From Octopus bimaculoides (lineage: Eukaryota): a stretch of DNA of 64,000 nucleotides. The translations under genes were made by a program, and so were the position numbers. Each line of letters opens with the position of its first letter. The stretch's first letter is position 1. Shown piece by piece: positions 39,739 to 49,475 of the stretch. The stretch is from assembly GCF_001194135.2 (NCBI RefSeq), contig NC_068983.1:33959729-34023728 (forward strand). Reading direction: 5' to 3'. The notes beneath the pieces are model-generated. The model was not told the DNA's origin. It did not search any database and was given only the letters and a program-made list of their open reading frames with translations.

Positions 39739-40001
39739 ATAATAATGACGGTTTCAAAAATTAATGATATAAATGATGCTGATATGAAAATAAATAAATA
39801 AATAAATTGATATATATATATNNNNNNNNNNNNNNNNNNNNNNNNNNNNNNNNNNNNNNNNNNNNNNNNNNNNNNNNNNNNNNNNNNNNNNNNNNNNNNN
39901 NNNNNNNNNNNNNNNNNNNNNNNNNNNNNNNNNNNNNNNNNNNNNNNNNNNNNNNNNNNNNNNNNNNNNNNNNNNNNNNNNNNNNNNNNNNNNNNNNNNN
40001 N

Positions 40002-40038
<37 letters not shown>

Positions 40039-40054
40039 GTATGTGTGTGTGGGT

Positions 40055-40250
40055 GTCTTTTTTGTCTACTGTTGTCCCGCACTAGTACTCAACATCCGGA
40101 GTTGGTGTGTTTGCGTCCCAGTAACTTAGCGCTTGGGCAATAGTGACCGCAAGAATAAATACGTGCTGAAGTTAATTCTACTGAAATTCCTCATGGTAGT
40201 TTCCCAGTATGGCCTCAGTCAGATGACTGAACCAAGTCAAAACAAGTAAA
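40055..40250 (+). mobile_element. SINE family C tail
   Basis: GTTGGTGTGTTTGCGTCCCAGTAACTTAGCG...CCAGTATGGCCTCAGTCAGATGACTGAA following (GT)n. Confidence 0.65.
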
Positions 40251-40504
40251 AACAAGTGTATGTAGGTATACATAAAAACACAAATACACACGCGCACGCA
40301 CACACATACACATACACTCCCAGCTCCCCACACACACATGCACACTCACACACATACTCGCATACACACATATGTATGAATGTCACATTACCTCGTGAAA
40401 CAGTAAACACTTAGCAATTATTAAGTATCATTAAGTATTTTTAGTATTATCCTGGCTCTATTTATTTTCCCAATGACGACAGTCATGTAATATGTGTATA
40501 TATA

Positions 40505-40678
40505 ATAATCCTTTCTGCTATAGGCACAAGGCCAGGAATTTTGGAGTGGCAGAGATTACGTCAATTACCTCGATCTCAGTGCATAACTGGTACTTATTTA
40601 ATCGACTCCGAAAGGACGAATTGTAAAGTTCACCTTGGTGACATTTGAACTCAGAACCTAAAGACGGACGAAAAGCCA
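40505..40678 (-). mobile_element. SINE family A, 5'-truncated
   Basis: CTTTCTGCTATAGGCACAAGG tail, ACTGGTACTTATTTAATCGACTCCGAAAGG and TTTGAACTCAGAAC. Confidence 0.8.
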
Positions 40679-41367
40679 CAATAATGTAAACAATAGAGCC
40701 ACCCTAAACCTATCTCCCTATATCTATGACCTATTTTTCTCTGCTTTTTTATATAGAACGATAGTAATAAACCAATTTCCTACGAAGCCTCTACATTCTC
40801 TAACCCTTGATAGGGAATGACGTAGATCTATTCTCGTGTAATAAAGAACTCAACGGTAATGTTTAAAGGTACACATACATAAACACAGACACATTTATTT
40901 ATACTATTTTATTGCAGCTGCAGAAAAGAAAGAAAAAAAACTAAGAACAGATCAAACTGAAGTACGGAGTTTCACGCAACTGTTCCTCAGATTGTTGTGA
41001 TAGCTCAAACTGATACGTATCAATCTAAATTATCAAGACCATCTGATTACGTGAAATTTCATGTATCACTTGCTGAATGCTCTTTTTGCTTTTCCTTTTA
41101 GTTTCTCAACGTTTGGTATTCGAGCAATATTTTTTCAACAATGTTTTAATTTCCACCTACGTGTTTATTTGTGTGTGCCTGTATANNNNNNNNNNNNNNN
41201 NNNNNNNNNNNNNNNNNNNNNNNNNNNNNNNNNNNNNNNNNNNNNNNNNNNNNNNNNNNNNNNNNNNNNNNNNNNNNNNNNNNNNNNNNNNNNNNNNNNN
41301 NNNNNNNNNNNNNNNNNNNNNNNNNNNNNNNNNNNNNNNNTATATATCCTATATACATATGCATATA

Positions 41368-41640
41368 GGTTACGACGACGAGTGTCGCAGTTGATACGAT
41401 GTGAAATTAAAGTCCAAGTGGCTGAGCACTCCAAAGATACGTGTAACCTTAATGTAGTTCTCAGGGAAATTCACCATGAAACAGAGTGCGACAAGGCTGG
41501 CCCTTTGAAGTACAGGTACTACTCATGTTTGACAACGTAAAATAAAATGTTTTGCTCAAGGACACAATGCGTCACCGGGAATTGAACTCACGATCTTACG
41601 ATCGCGGGCCAAATGCCGTAACCACTAAGCCACGCACCAT
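41368..41640 (-). mobile_element. Chimeric SINE: family D-type head with family E-type tail
   Basis: rc head TGGTGCGTGGCTTAGTGGTT...ATCGTAAGATCGTGAGTTCAATTCCC...TTGTGTCCTTGAGCAAAACA (as 19890); tail CAAAGGGCCAGCCTTG...CTACATTAAGGTTACAC...TTAATTTCAC (as 23630). Confidence 0.85.
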
Positions 41641-41662
41641 CACACACAAGCACGCACCCAGC

Positions 41663-41704
<42 letters not shown>

Positions 41705-42870
41705 CGTATATATATTATAAGATATAATGATGTCAATAAGATAATAAATGTGTCAGGTAATGCTGAGTAAGTACTATGGATAGACTATAGTTAAGGTCCA
41801 GGTTCAGTGATTATTCGAATAAGAGGTCCAACGTAGGTCATATGTTATATTATACATACATACATATATATATATNNNNNNNNNNNNNNNNNNNNNNNNN
41901 NNNNNNNNNNNNNNNNNNNNNNNNNNNNNNNNNNNNNNNNNNNNNNNNNNNNNNNNNNNNNNNNNNNNNNNNNNNNNNNNNNNNNNNNNNNNNNNNNNNN
42001 NNNNNNNNNNNNNNNNNNNNNNNNNNNNNNNNNNNNNNNNNNNNNNNNNNNNNNNNNNNNNNNNNNNNNNNNNNNNNNNNNNNNNNNNNNNNNNNNNNNN
42101 NNNNNNNNNNNNNNNNNNNNNNNNNNNNNNNNNNNNNNNNNNNNNNNNNNNNNNNNNNNNNNNNNNNNNNNNNNNNNNNNNNNNNNNNNNNNNNNNNNNN
42201 NNNNNNNNNNNNNNNNNNNNNNNNNNNNNNNNNNNNNNNNNNNNNNNNNNNNNNNNNNNNNNNNNNNNNNNNNNNNNNNNNNNNNNNNNNNNNNNNNNNN
42301 NNNNNNNNNNNNNNNNNNNNNNNNNNNNNNNNNNNNNNNNNNNNNNNNNNNNNNNNNNNNNNNNNNNNNNNNNNNNNNNNNNNNNNNNNNNNNNNNNNNN
42401 NNNNNNNNNNNNNNNNNNNNNNNNNNNNNNNNNNNNNNNNNNNNNNNNNNNNNNNNNNNNNNNNNNNNNNNNNNNNNNNNNNNNNNNNNNNNNNNNNNNN
42501 NNNNNNNNNNNNNNNNNNNNNNNNNNNNNNNNNNNNNNNNNNNNNNNNNNNNNNNNNNNNNNNNNNNNNNNNNNNNNNNNNNNNNNNNNNNNNNNNNNNN
42601 NNNNNNNNNNNNNNNNNNNNNNNNNNNNNNNNNNNNNNNNNNNNNNNNNNNNNNNNNNNNNNNNNNNNNNNNNNNNNNNNNNNNNNNNNNNNNNNNNNNN
42701 NNNNNNNNNNNNNNNNNNNNNNNNNNNNNNNNNNNNNNNNNNNNNNNNNNNNNNNNNNNNNNNNNNNNNNNNNNNNNNNNNNNNNNNNNNNNNNNNNNNN
42801 NNNNNNNNNNNNNNNNNNNNNNNNNNNNNNNNNNNNNNNNNNNNNNNNNNNNNNNNNNNNNNNNNNNNNN

Positions 42871-42909
<39 letters not shown>

Positions 42910-43089
42910 CACACACATATATATATACAGAGATAGATAGATAGATAGATAGACAGAGAGAGAGAGAGAGAGAGAGAGAAAGAATATATACAACATCTAT
43001 TTACGTGAAAAAACTTGTTTTTATGTTACATGCGTTTAATTATGAAACGCTTTTTTTGCATGCAAATGAATGGATTTTATAAGTGTGCA

Positions 43090-43098
43090 ACTTACCTT
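43090..43098 (-). promoter_or_regulatory. 5' splice donor of the mGluR exon (AAG|GTAAGT, phase 0)
   Basis: Plus strand ACTTACCTT at 43090-43098 is AAGGTAAGT on minus, a perfect consensus exactly after the LFK codon, where vertebrate group III GRM genes have an intron. Confidence 0.9.
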
Positions 43099-43713
43099 AA
43101 ATAGTCTGAGAATGTTGGCTACCATAATGGAGACCAGGCTGGAGGCAGCCCCTATAACCCCCACGACTGATGTCTTTGGGGAATACTTTGGGGGGCTTCC
43201 GTCAGTACAGGTGTAGTCCATTGTGTTTAAGTTCCTTGCACGGATAAAATCCATCGATTGCTCCAACGCGTAAGTGTCAAAGCTGCATGTATCTAGAATG
43301 TGCACACCGACTGAAATATTTGGTAGCAAGTTATTGTCTTTGTTAATCCTGTCCACGGCAAATAACATCGCTTCCATTCTTTGGATCCCTTTCTCTTTTT
43401 TTATACTGCCACAAGATTTGCCATCTTGTCCCTTTTCGTGCATCGGGAACAGCCCACCGAACACAACCTGGCCGTCGATGCGAATTTTCTTTTCAGTTTC
43501 ATATTTGCTACCTCCGACCCCTTCGTAAGAAGTAGTAGTGGACCGGGAATGGCCGGAATCGCCCAAAGTTACTGAGGACAGAGTTGCTAATAGAAGTCCG
43601 CAATAGCAGTAGTAGAAGAACGAATAAAAAGGAAATGCATAAAAGGCGCATTGTGGCGAGTTGGACGCTGAAGCGATCGTGCATACAGCCGTTGTGCTTC
43701 GCATACCAAACAT
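43096..43713 (-). CDS. GRM8-like: First coding exon (206 codons) of a metabotropic glutamate receptor, group III type: signal peptide plus N-terminal part of the Venus-flytrap domain
   Basis: Translation contains class C GPCR motifs [56 protein letters not shown] and [24 protein letters not shown]. KKEKGIxR and [12 protein letters not shown] match vertebrate GRM4/7/8 rather than group II (SIQVANLLRLFQ). ATG at 43713. The exon ends at AAG|GTAAGT (43096/43095); the last 19 aa of the ORF track (VSCTL...) are intron read-through. A molluscan gene would be co-orthologous to GRM4/6/7/8, so the symbol is only a family label. Confidence 0.95.
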
Positions 43714-43750
43714 TGCTAGATCTAACAGTCAAATAAATTATATTAATATA
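43714..43750 (-). promoter_or_regulatory. Candidate 3' splice acceptor(s) just upstream of the mGluR ATG, implying an upstream non-coding exon
   Basis: Minus strand reads ...ataatttatttgactgttAG|atctAG|caATG, with two AGs 8 and 2 nt before the ATG, a T-rich tract and an in-frame TGA at 43731-43729. Polypyrimidine tract is weak. Confidence 0.4.
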
Positions 43751-43870
43751 TCAGCTATATTTTGTTTACGGAAGTTATATATGAACATCTAAATGTTACG
43801 TATATATACGCAATAGACTGCTTCTCGCATTTAGTATATTCTTATCATCCGTCTACAACCATCTACGGAA

Positions 43871-43939
<69 letters not shown>

Positions 43940-44039
43940 CGGACAGAAAGACTGACAGTTTAACTCATTAATGTCTAGATATATCTTGCTTTGTAATCAT
44001 CACCATTCTGGATGATATACAACCGATTCTACTTCTTTC

Positions 44040-44400
44040 TTTAGTCTTGTTCTTGGAAATAAAATTGTAGTTGTGGTTGTTATTGTGGTTGTTGTTTCTG
44101 TATATATTCGTGTTGAAAATGATGATGGTGTCTGTAATAATGATGAAGATGAGGACGGTGACGTAGCTGAGTAGCGTGGCGATGAGATTGATGATGGAGG
44201 AAGCGGTCGTGGCCGTGAAAATAATGTTGATAGATGGGATGGGTATGAAAATGCTGATGATGTAGACACTGGTGACGATACTGCGGATGATGACGCTGAT
44301 GATAATGATGATGATGATGATGTGGATATGTGTGATGATGAGTATAATGGTGACGATGGTGATGATGATGATGTGGATGTTGTTGGTGGTGTGAGTACCA
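44040..44400. repeat. Degenerate (GAT/GGT)n tract upstream of the mGluR exon, next to (GATA)n at 43871-43940
   Basis: Read directly; source of the His-rich and Ser-rich minus-strand ORFs. Confidence 0.8.
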
Positions 44401-44783
44401 GTGGTAACTTCTTCCTGAAAAATTCATTTGGTGGAGCAAGCACACGCGTACGTTTTCGCGTGTGGTATGTTGAGATGTGTGCTTGCTGTAGTGAGCATAC
44501 ATGCATCTGTTTGTGTGTCTTTGTGTATGTATGTGCGTGTGAGTGTCAATGTATTTATAAATGTATGGGGAATTGAGTGTATAATAACATGAATGGCAAG
44601 CTTAGTGTATGCAAATGCGAATGTCCGTTTCATACAACGAGCACGGTGTCTATCAATGCTCTTCGGGATAAGTACATCTGTGTGTTTGTGTGTTCTTATG
44701 TGTGTTTTACATGTTGGGTTTGTGAGTATATGTAATGATTACACCGAATGTATGTCAATGTGTGTGTGTGTGTGTGTGTGTGT

Positions 44784-44873
44784 ACTTAAAACAAACTCGA
44801 AATATAAGTAAATGACTGTGTGTTTATTCGTTTCCCATTGTGAATGAATTTTGGAGTGTATATGACAGCCTGA

Positions 44874-44929
<56 letters not shown>

Positions 44930-45015
44930 AAAACAAACTCGAAATATAAGTAAATGACTGTGTGTTTATTCGTTTCCCATTGTGAATGAATTTTGGAGTG
45001 TATATGACAGCCTGA

Positions 45016-45020
<5 letters not shown>
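44784..45020. repeat. Perfect direct tandem duplication, period 142 bp (about 95 bp unique plus (TG)n)
   Basis: ACTTAAAACAAACTCG...GACAGCCTGAATATG at 44784 and again at 44926, identical, each flanked by (TG)n. Confidence 0.95.
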
Positions 45021-45069
<49 letters not shown>

Positions 45070-45090
45070 ATGTATGTATGTATGTATGTA

Positions 45091-45127
<37 letters not shown>

Positions 45128-46744
45128 ATATATATATCAGCTTGTGTATATAAGTATATTTTTGAATGTGTATGCCGTTATGTGTGTGAGTTTGTGTATG
45201 TATGACTATGATACGGATAAATGTGAATATATGATTTTGCTTAAAAATAGAAACGGAGTGGAGAGGGATGATGGAGGGAAAACACTCGACGAGTGTTTCA
45301 AGTGGAGCTTTTAAGAGGATAGATTTTGTGCAACAAAATATTCGGACTGATCATATGTTATTAAATCTATGAAATGAATGCGTGTGTATGCAAGTATATA
45401 CACACACATATGTAAATTCAAACACACAAACGCATAGTCATAAGTGTTTGCGTATATGAATGAGTGAGTTAAGATTTACAACTATCAAAAAAAGACAAAC
45501 CTAACCGTTTTCGTTTTGTGTTCACGGACACATACCAAGAGAATTTATAGTGTATGTTGTGTAATTCTTGACTATATAGTCTTTTCTTACAGTTTACACT
45601 TTAATTAGTTATTGAGACTTGTTTTTCTTTTTCTTATTTTGTCCTTGCTTCTAAAAGTTTATCTTTCTTAATTCACGGAATTCTTTGTCATTTGCCAGTT
45701 CCAAAATGTTTCTACAGTAGTCACTACAGATTAGTGTGTCGTTTGGTCAGTTTCCCATTCCTGAAAGTAAACAGATGAAAAGAGGTGAAAGTAGAAATAA
45801 TATTGATAAAAGATATCTAGTTAAAATTACAGACATAGAAATATGTATGGTATCGTGGAATGGTATCTTGTACAAACGCTCTCGCATGACCACACACTCT
45901 CTCCTTCTTTCACGTCCTTTGTTTCGTCACTATCTCTCTATCAATATCTTAGTTTTTTTCTACATTCATACATATATGTGTAAATATATATACATTCCTA
46001 CATATGTGTAAATCTCATATACACATACACACATACATACATGCATGCATACATACATACATACATACATGCATGCATACATATATACATACATACATGT
46101 GTGAACATGTGTGAACGTGTTTGTATATATGCATACACGTATGTATATTGATGTATATTCTTGTTATAAAGAAAAAACAAACAAAATGAGAAAACAAGAA
46201 TTCAGGCGAGTGTACGCAATATCTAGAATAGAATCATTTGTTTTTTTAGGCGATGGATCTCACAAAAATCATGTTTCCTACTCTCAGACAAATACTTAAC
46301 AATAAAAAAAATACAAACAAGGGGGAATCATATCATCTAAATGCACTCATATAAATATATCCTGATATATCGCCATATGTCTGTAACTATCATACATGGA
46401 TCATATGTATGTATACATGTATATGCATATATATTGATATGTATATGTGTTTACGCATATGTAGATATAGTATATAAATATAAGATACATACATAGTGCA
46501 TATATGTATTATAAGTAATTCAAAATATTCATTTTATTTTATATATAGTTGTGTATGATATGAATATTTTATACTATATGATATATAAATATATATATGC
46601 ATAGATGCACAATCACACATGCACATGCACAGACACAAATATATATATATATATATTGAATTATTATACACATACATATACATATATGTGTATGTGTATA
46701 TATATATACATAGATTGACCGTTGACTGAACACTATTCAATTTT

Positions 46745-46910
46745 TTTTCTCCGTGTTTTTCTCCTTGTCTCCGTATTCTTTCTGTTGAAGAGCGTAGCTC
46801 GAAACGTCAAAGACTTTCCGTATTCCCGAGCGTCATACTAATATATACTTTTGTTATTTACACCACCTGTCCTCGTCTGTTGTTATTTTTTGTATATTCT
46901 CCCATATATA
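46745..46910 (+). repeat. Penelope-pLTR-like short element ending in (AT)n (second copy 53505-53579, looser relative 51800-51930)
   Basis: TTCTGTTGAAGAGCGTAGCTCGAAACGTCAAAGAC...CCGAGCGTCATACTAATA at 46780-46845; TTCTGTTAAGGAGCGTAGGCTTGAAACGTAAAAGAC...CCGAGCGTCAAACTAATA at 53505-53572. The PLE assignment is inferred from the TGAAGA...GAAACGT motif only. Confidence 0.65.
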
Positions 46911-47499
46911 CATAGATGTGTGTGTAGTTTGTCTGTATGTGTGTATATATGCATATATTATATGTATGTGAGTGTTAAAACGAGCGTTGTGTTTGAAAGA
47001 GGAGAAATGGTGTACGCGCGAAAGAAGTAGAAGACATGAAATCTAGAAAAAGATTAACTTCCTACAATTTCATGTGGTGGAAAAAATAAACAAAAATAGA
47101 CAAAAGTAAAATGAAATAAAATAAAAAAATATATTGAAGCGTCTTGATATATTGAAGTGTTGGTTTACACGTGTCTTAACGAAAGCGTAAGTTCACTGCT
47201 TTCAAGACTAGTTTTCATCTTGTCTTTCTGACAGAAAAATATATCAGTGTTTCTAAGCACAAAAATATACAATCTATATACTCATAGCTTTATTCATCTC
47301 AAAGAATACGAAGAAGATGCAAGGCCAACAATGGTGTATTGCTCTGATATTTGGATTAGTGTTGTTGCTGCACATACATATTAGATAACAGCTAGAAAAG
47401 GTCATCCGATTAGAACTATAAATATTTGAGATCAAGAATTTATATACATATATACTATTTGCATTGGTCACACTGGTCTCTCCATCTTGATTATTGCTT

Positions 47500-47810
47500 T
47501 CCCTACGTTTCAATTGTGTATTTTCCAGCCTTCTTCAGGTGTCTTGTGCTTTGCCTTGGAGTAAACTCAGAAATATAGAACTGCATTATGCAAGCAAAGC
47601 GGAGCCGACATAAGACATCAATGGAAGTTTATTAGCCTTAAAAAATTACTCCTTCAATGTCTACGGGTATCGCGTAGTAGATAAAGGCATTAGTTGACGC
47701 TGTGCAATCGTGTAGAGATTCTGAGTTCAACCCCAGGTGAAGCATTAAGTAGAATCACAAGACACCTGAAGAGAGCTGGGGCATCCAGCAGCTGAAATGT
47801 TGTTTGAAGG
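47500..47810. mobile_element. tRNA-like head plus hammerhead-like tail, with an inverted copy of the tail upstream
   Basis: Inverted repeat 47525-47548 / 47756-47779 (22/24). A-box-like TCGCGTAGTAG at about 47670, B-box GTTCAACCC at 47725-47733, CTGAAGA...GAAAT at 47766-47798. Confidence 0.6.
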
Positions 47811-47894
47811 AACAATGAAGATTGAAGATACTAGTCCGACTAATGTAAAATCATTCGATTAATTGTCTTTACAGACACGTTTTAACTACAAGAC

Positions 47895-48155
47895 CAGTGA
47901 CTCTCAACCCCTTTTTCACTAGGGGACCCCTCTAATTCCTATCTTATTCGGATGGAGCCTCATAGACATTGCATGTTCAAAACGTTTATTACATTTTTAT
48001 AATTAAACATTATCAGGAATTTTATAAAAATGGTGTTAACATATTTTGTGTATTGAAGAAGTATAACCAATTTATTGCCCATAAACTTCAACAACAAAAT
48101 GATATATATCCCACTCCCATCCAAGTGTGGTATGGATCCCGGTTGAGAACCGCAG
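47895..48155. mobile_element. hAT (Charlie-like) MITE
   Basis: Left end CAGTGACTCTCAACC, right end GGTTGAGAACCGCAG (rc CTGCGGTTCTCAACC), both 13/15 to CAGTGGTTCTCAACC. The 8-bp flanks TACAAGAC and CACTAGAC (6/8) fit a decayed 8-bp TSD. Confidence 0.75.
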
Positions 48156-49209
48156 CACTAGACTACGGGCATGCACTCTCCTCCCTCCTACGATGAATTT
48201 CTAGTACTCCTATAATGACGTCTGCTTATTGGAGCTACATTGACTCATAATACTTCCGCTCAGCAAACCACGATCCACTCAGCTCTTCTTTCATTAACCG
48301 AGATTTCATGCTCCTTCCCTTCACACATGCACAAACACACAACACGCACTTATCCTTACGCCCAATCTCTACTTCCTGGAGCGCTGGTCATCAGGAAGAC
48401 CTTTGCTGCTGATACCTCTCCGGCAGGTTTTGACTGACGAAGTTCAAAGATGAACATTAATGTCTTCAATCTAGAAGTGATTGCAAACGCTCTGGTCATT
48501 TCCTCCTTTCCCCCAGACCCAATAAAAAAGCAAAAACGTATAAGGTATGCCTGCAAAACCATATAAGGTCTACGTGTATGATATTCGAATGATTTCGCAC
48601 TTATATCTACTCTATCGGTCGACTTCATTTATTCTCACTTTGTAGTCTGCTTTCAGCTTAAGTAAAAATATTGAAGACACTTCCTAACATCTACACTCAT
48701 TATGATCGATTAACCCTTTGAGGAAACGCTTCCAGCCGTTACCATCTTGATTTTATAATTTGTATGTGATGGATTATATTTGTACGTGTGTTTGAGAGTG
48801 TTCGGTAACAAAACTGCTGTTCAGACCGTAATCAGTAGATCTTTAATCGAACGTTTTGCAGCCATAAAGAAACTGACTCTTCTGTATCATACGTAGTCTA
48901 CTTAAGACAAGAAAAGAATGGCGTTCTTAATACAAAACCAATATGGAGAAATTTTATAGAGGTTTTGTTGCTATTTCCAGTATGTCACGACACTGCATCA
49001 ACTGACGTTCCATATGTTCATTTAATTGTTCACGATAATCATATTTTAATGTTCTATGCTGTGTGTGTTTCGGAGTGAATTAGTGGATGGAAAGATTAGG
49101 ACGGAACCGGTTTTGGTGGAAACGGCATTTAAAAATAGTCTTGTGTACTTAGCTTTGACTTTGTGGACGTGTTTTACAATCTGGTCAAAGTTTAAGAAAA
49201 CATAAATTC

Positions 49210-49475
49210 CGGGCACCTATGGCAAGTCAAATCTGTTCCAGCCTCGTACCAGCCGAAGCCTTGTGAGGTGGTTCATTAGACAGAAACTGAAAGACGCCCG
49301 TCGTATATATATAATATAATATGATATAATATGATATAATATAATATGATTTACATATGCGTGTGTGTATGTGCGTGTATGCATGTCTGTGGTTGTGTTT
49401 GTTCCACCACCAACGCTCTTGACCACCAGAGTTAATTTGTTTACATTTCTGTAACGTAGCTGTTCGGAAAAAGTA
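49210..49475 (+). mobile_element. SINE family C, core plus internal (ATAAT)n/(GT)n plus tail
   Basis: GAAGCCTTGTGAGGTGG...GAAACTGAAAGACGCCCGTCGTATATAT, a pentanucleotide tract, then GTTTGTTCCACCACCAACGC...GTAACGTAGCTGTTCGGAAAAAG. Confidence 0.75.

Larger units (their letters stand above)
1..43095 (-). other. Probable large intron of the mGluR gene (extends beyond the window start)
   Basis: Starts at the donor above. No minus-strand IPQISY/STSPELSD/FSRVVPPD-like segment was recognised by eye. About 6 kb of N lies in this interval, so a hidden exon cannot be excluded. Confidence 0.65.

Noticed and set aside
44000-44506. His-rich (140 aa) and Ser-rich (168 aa) minus-strand ORFs just upstream of the mGluR exon
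   Set aside because: Two overlapping frames of a degenerate CAT/CAC repeat. No convincing donor links them to the exon and there is no domain similarity.
48434-48460. CTGACGA-AGTTC-aaagat-GAAC hairpin
   Set aside because: No GAAA after the stem, so it is not a hammerhead core.
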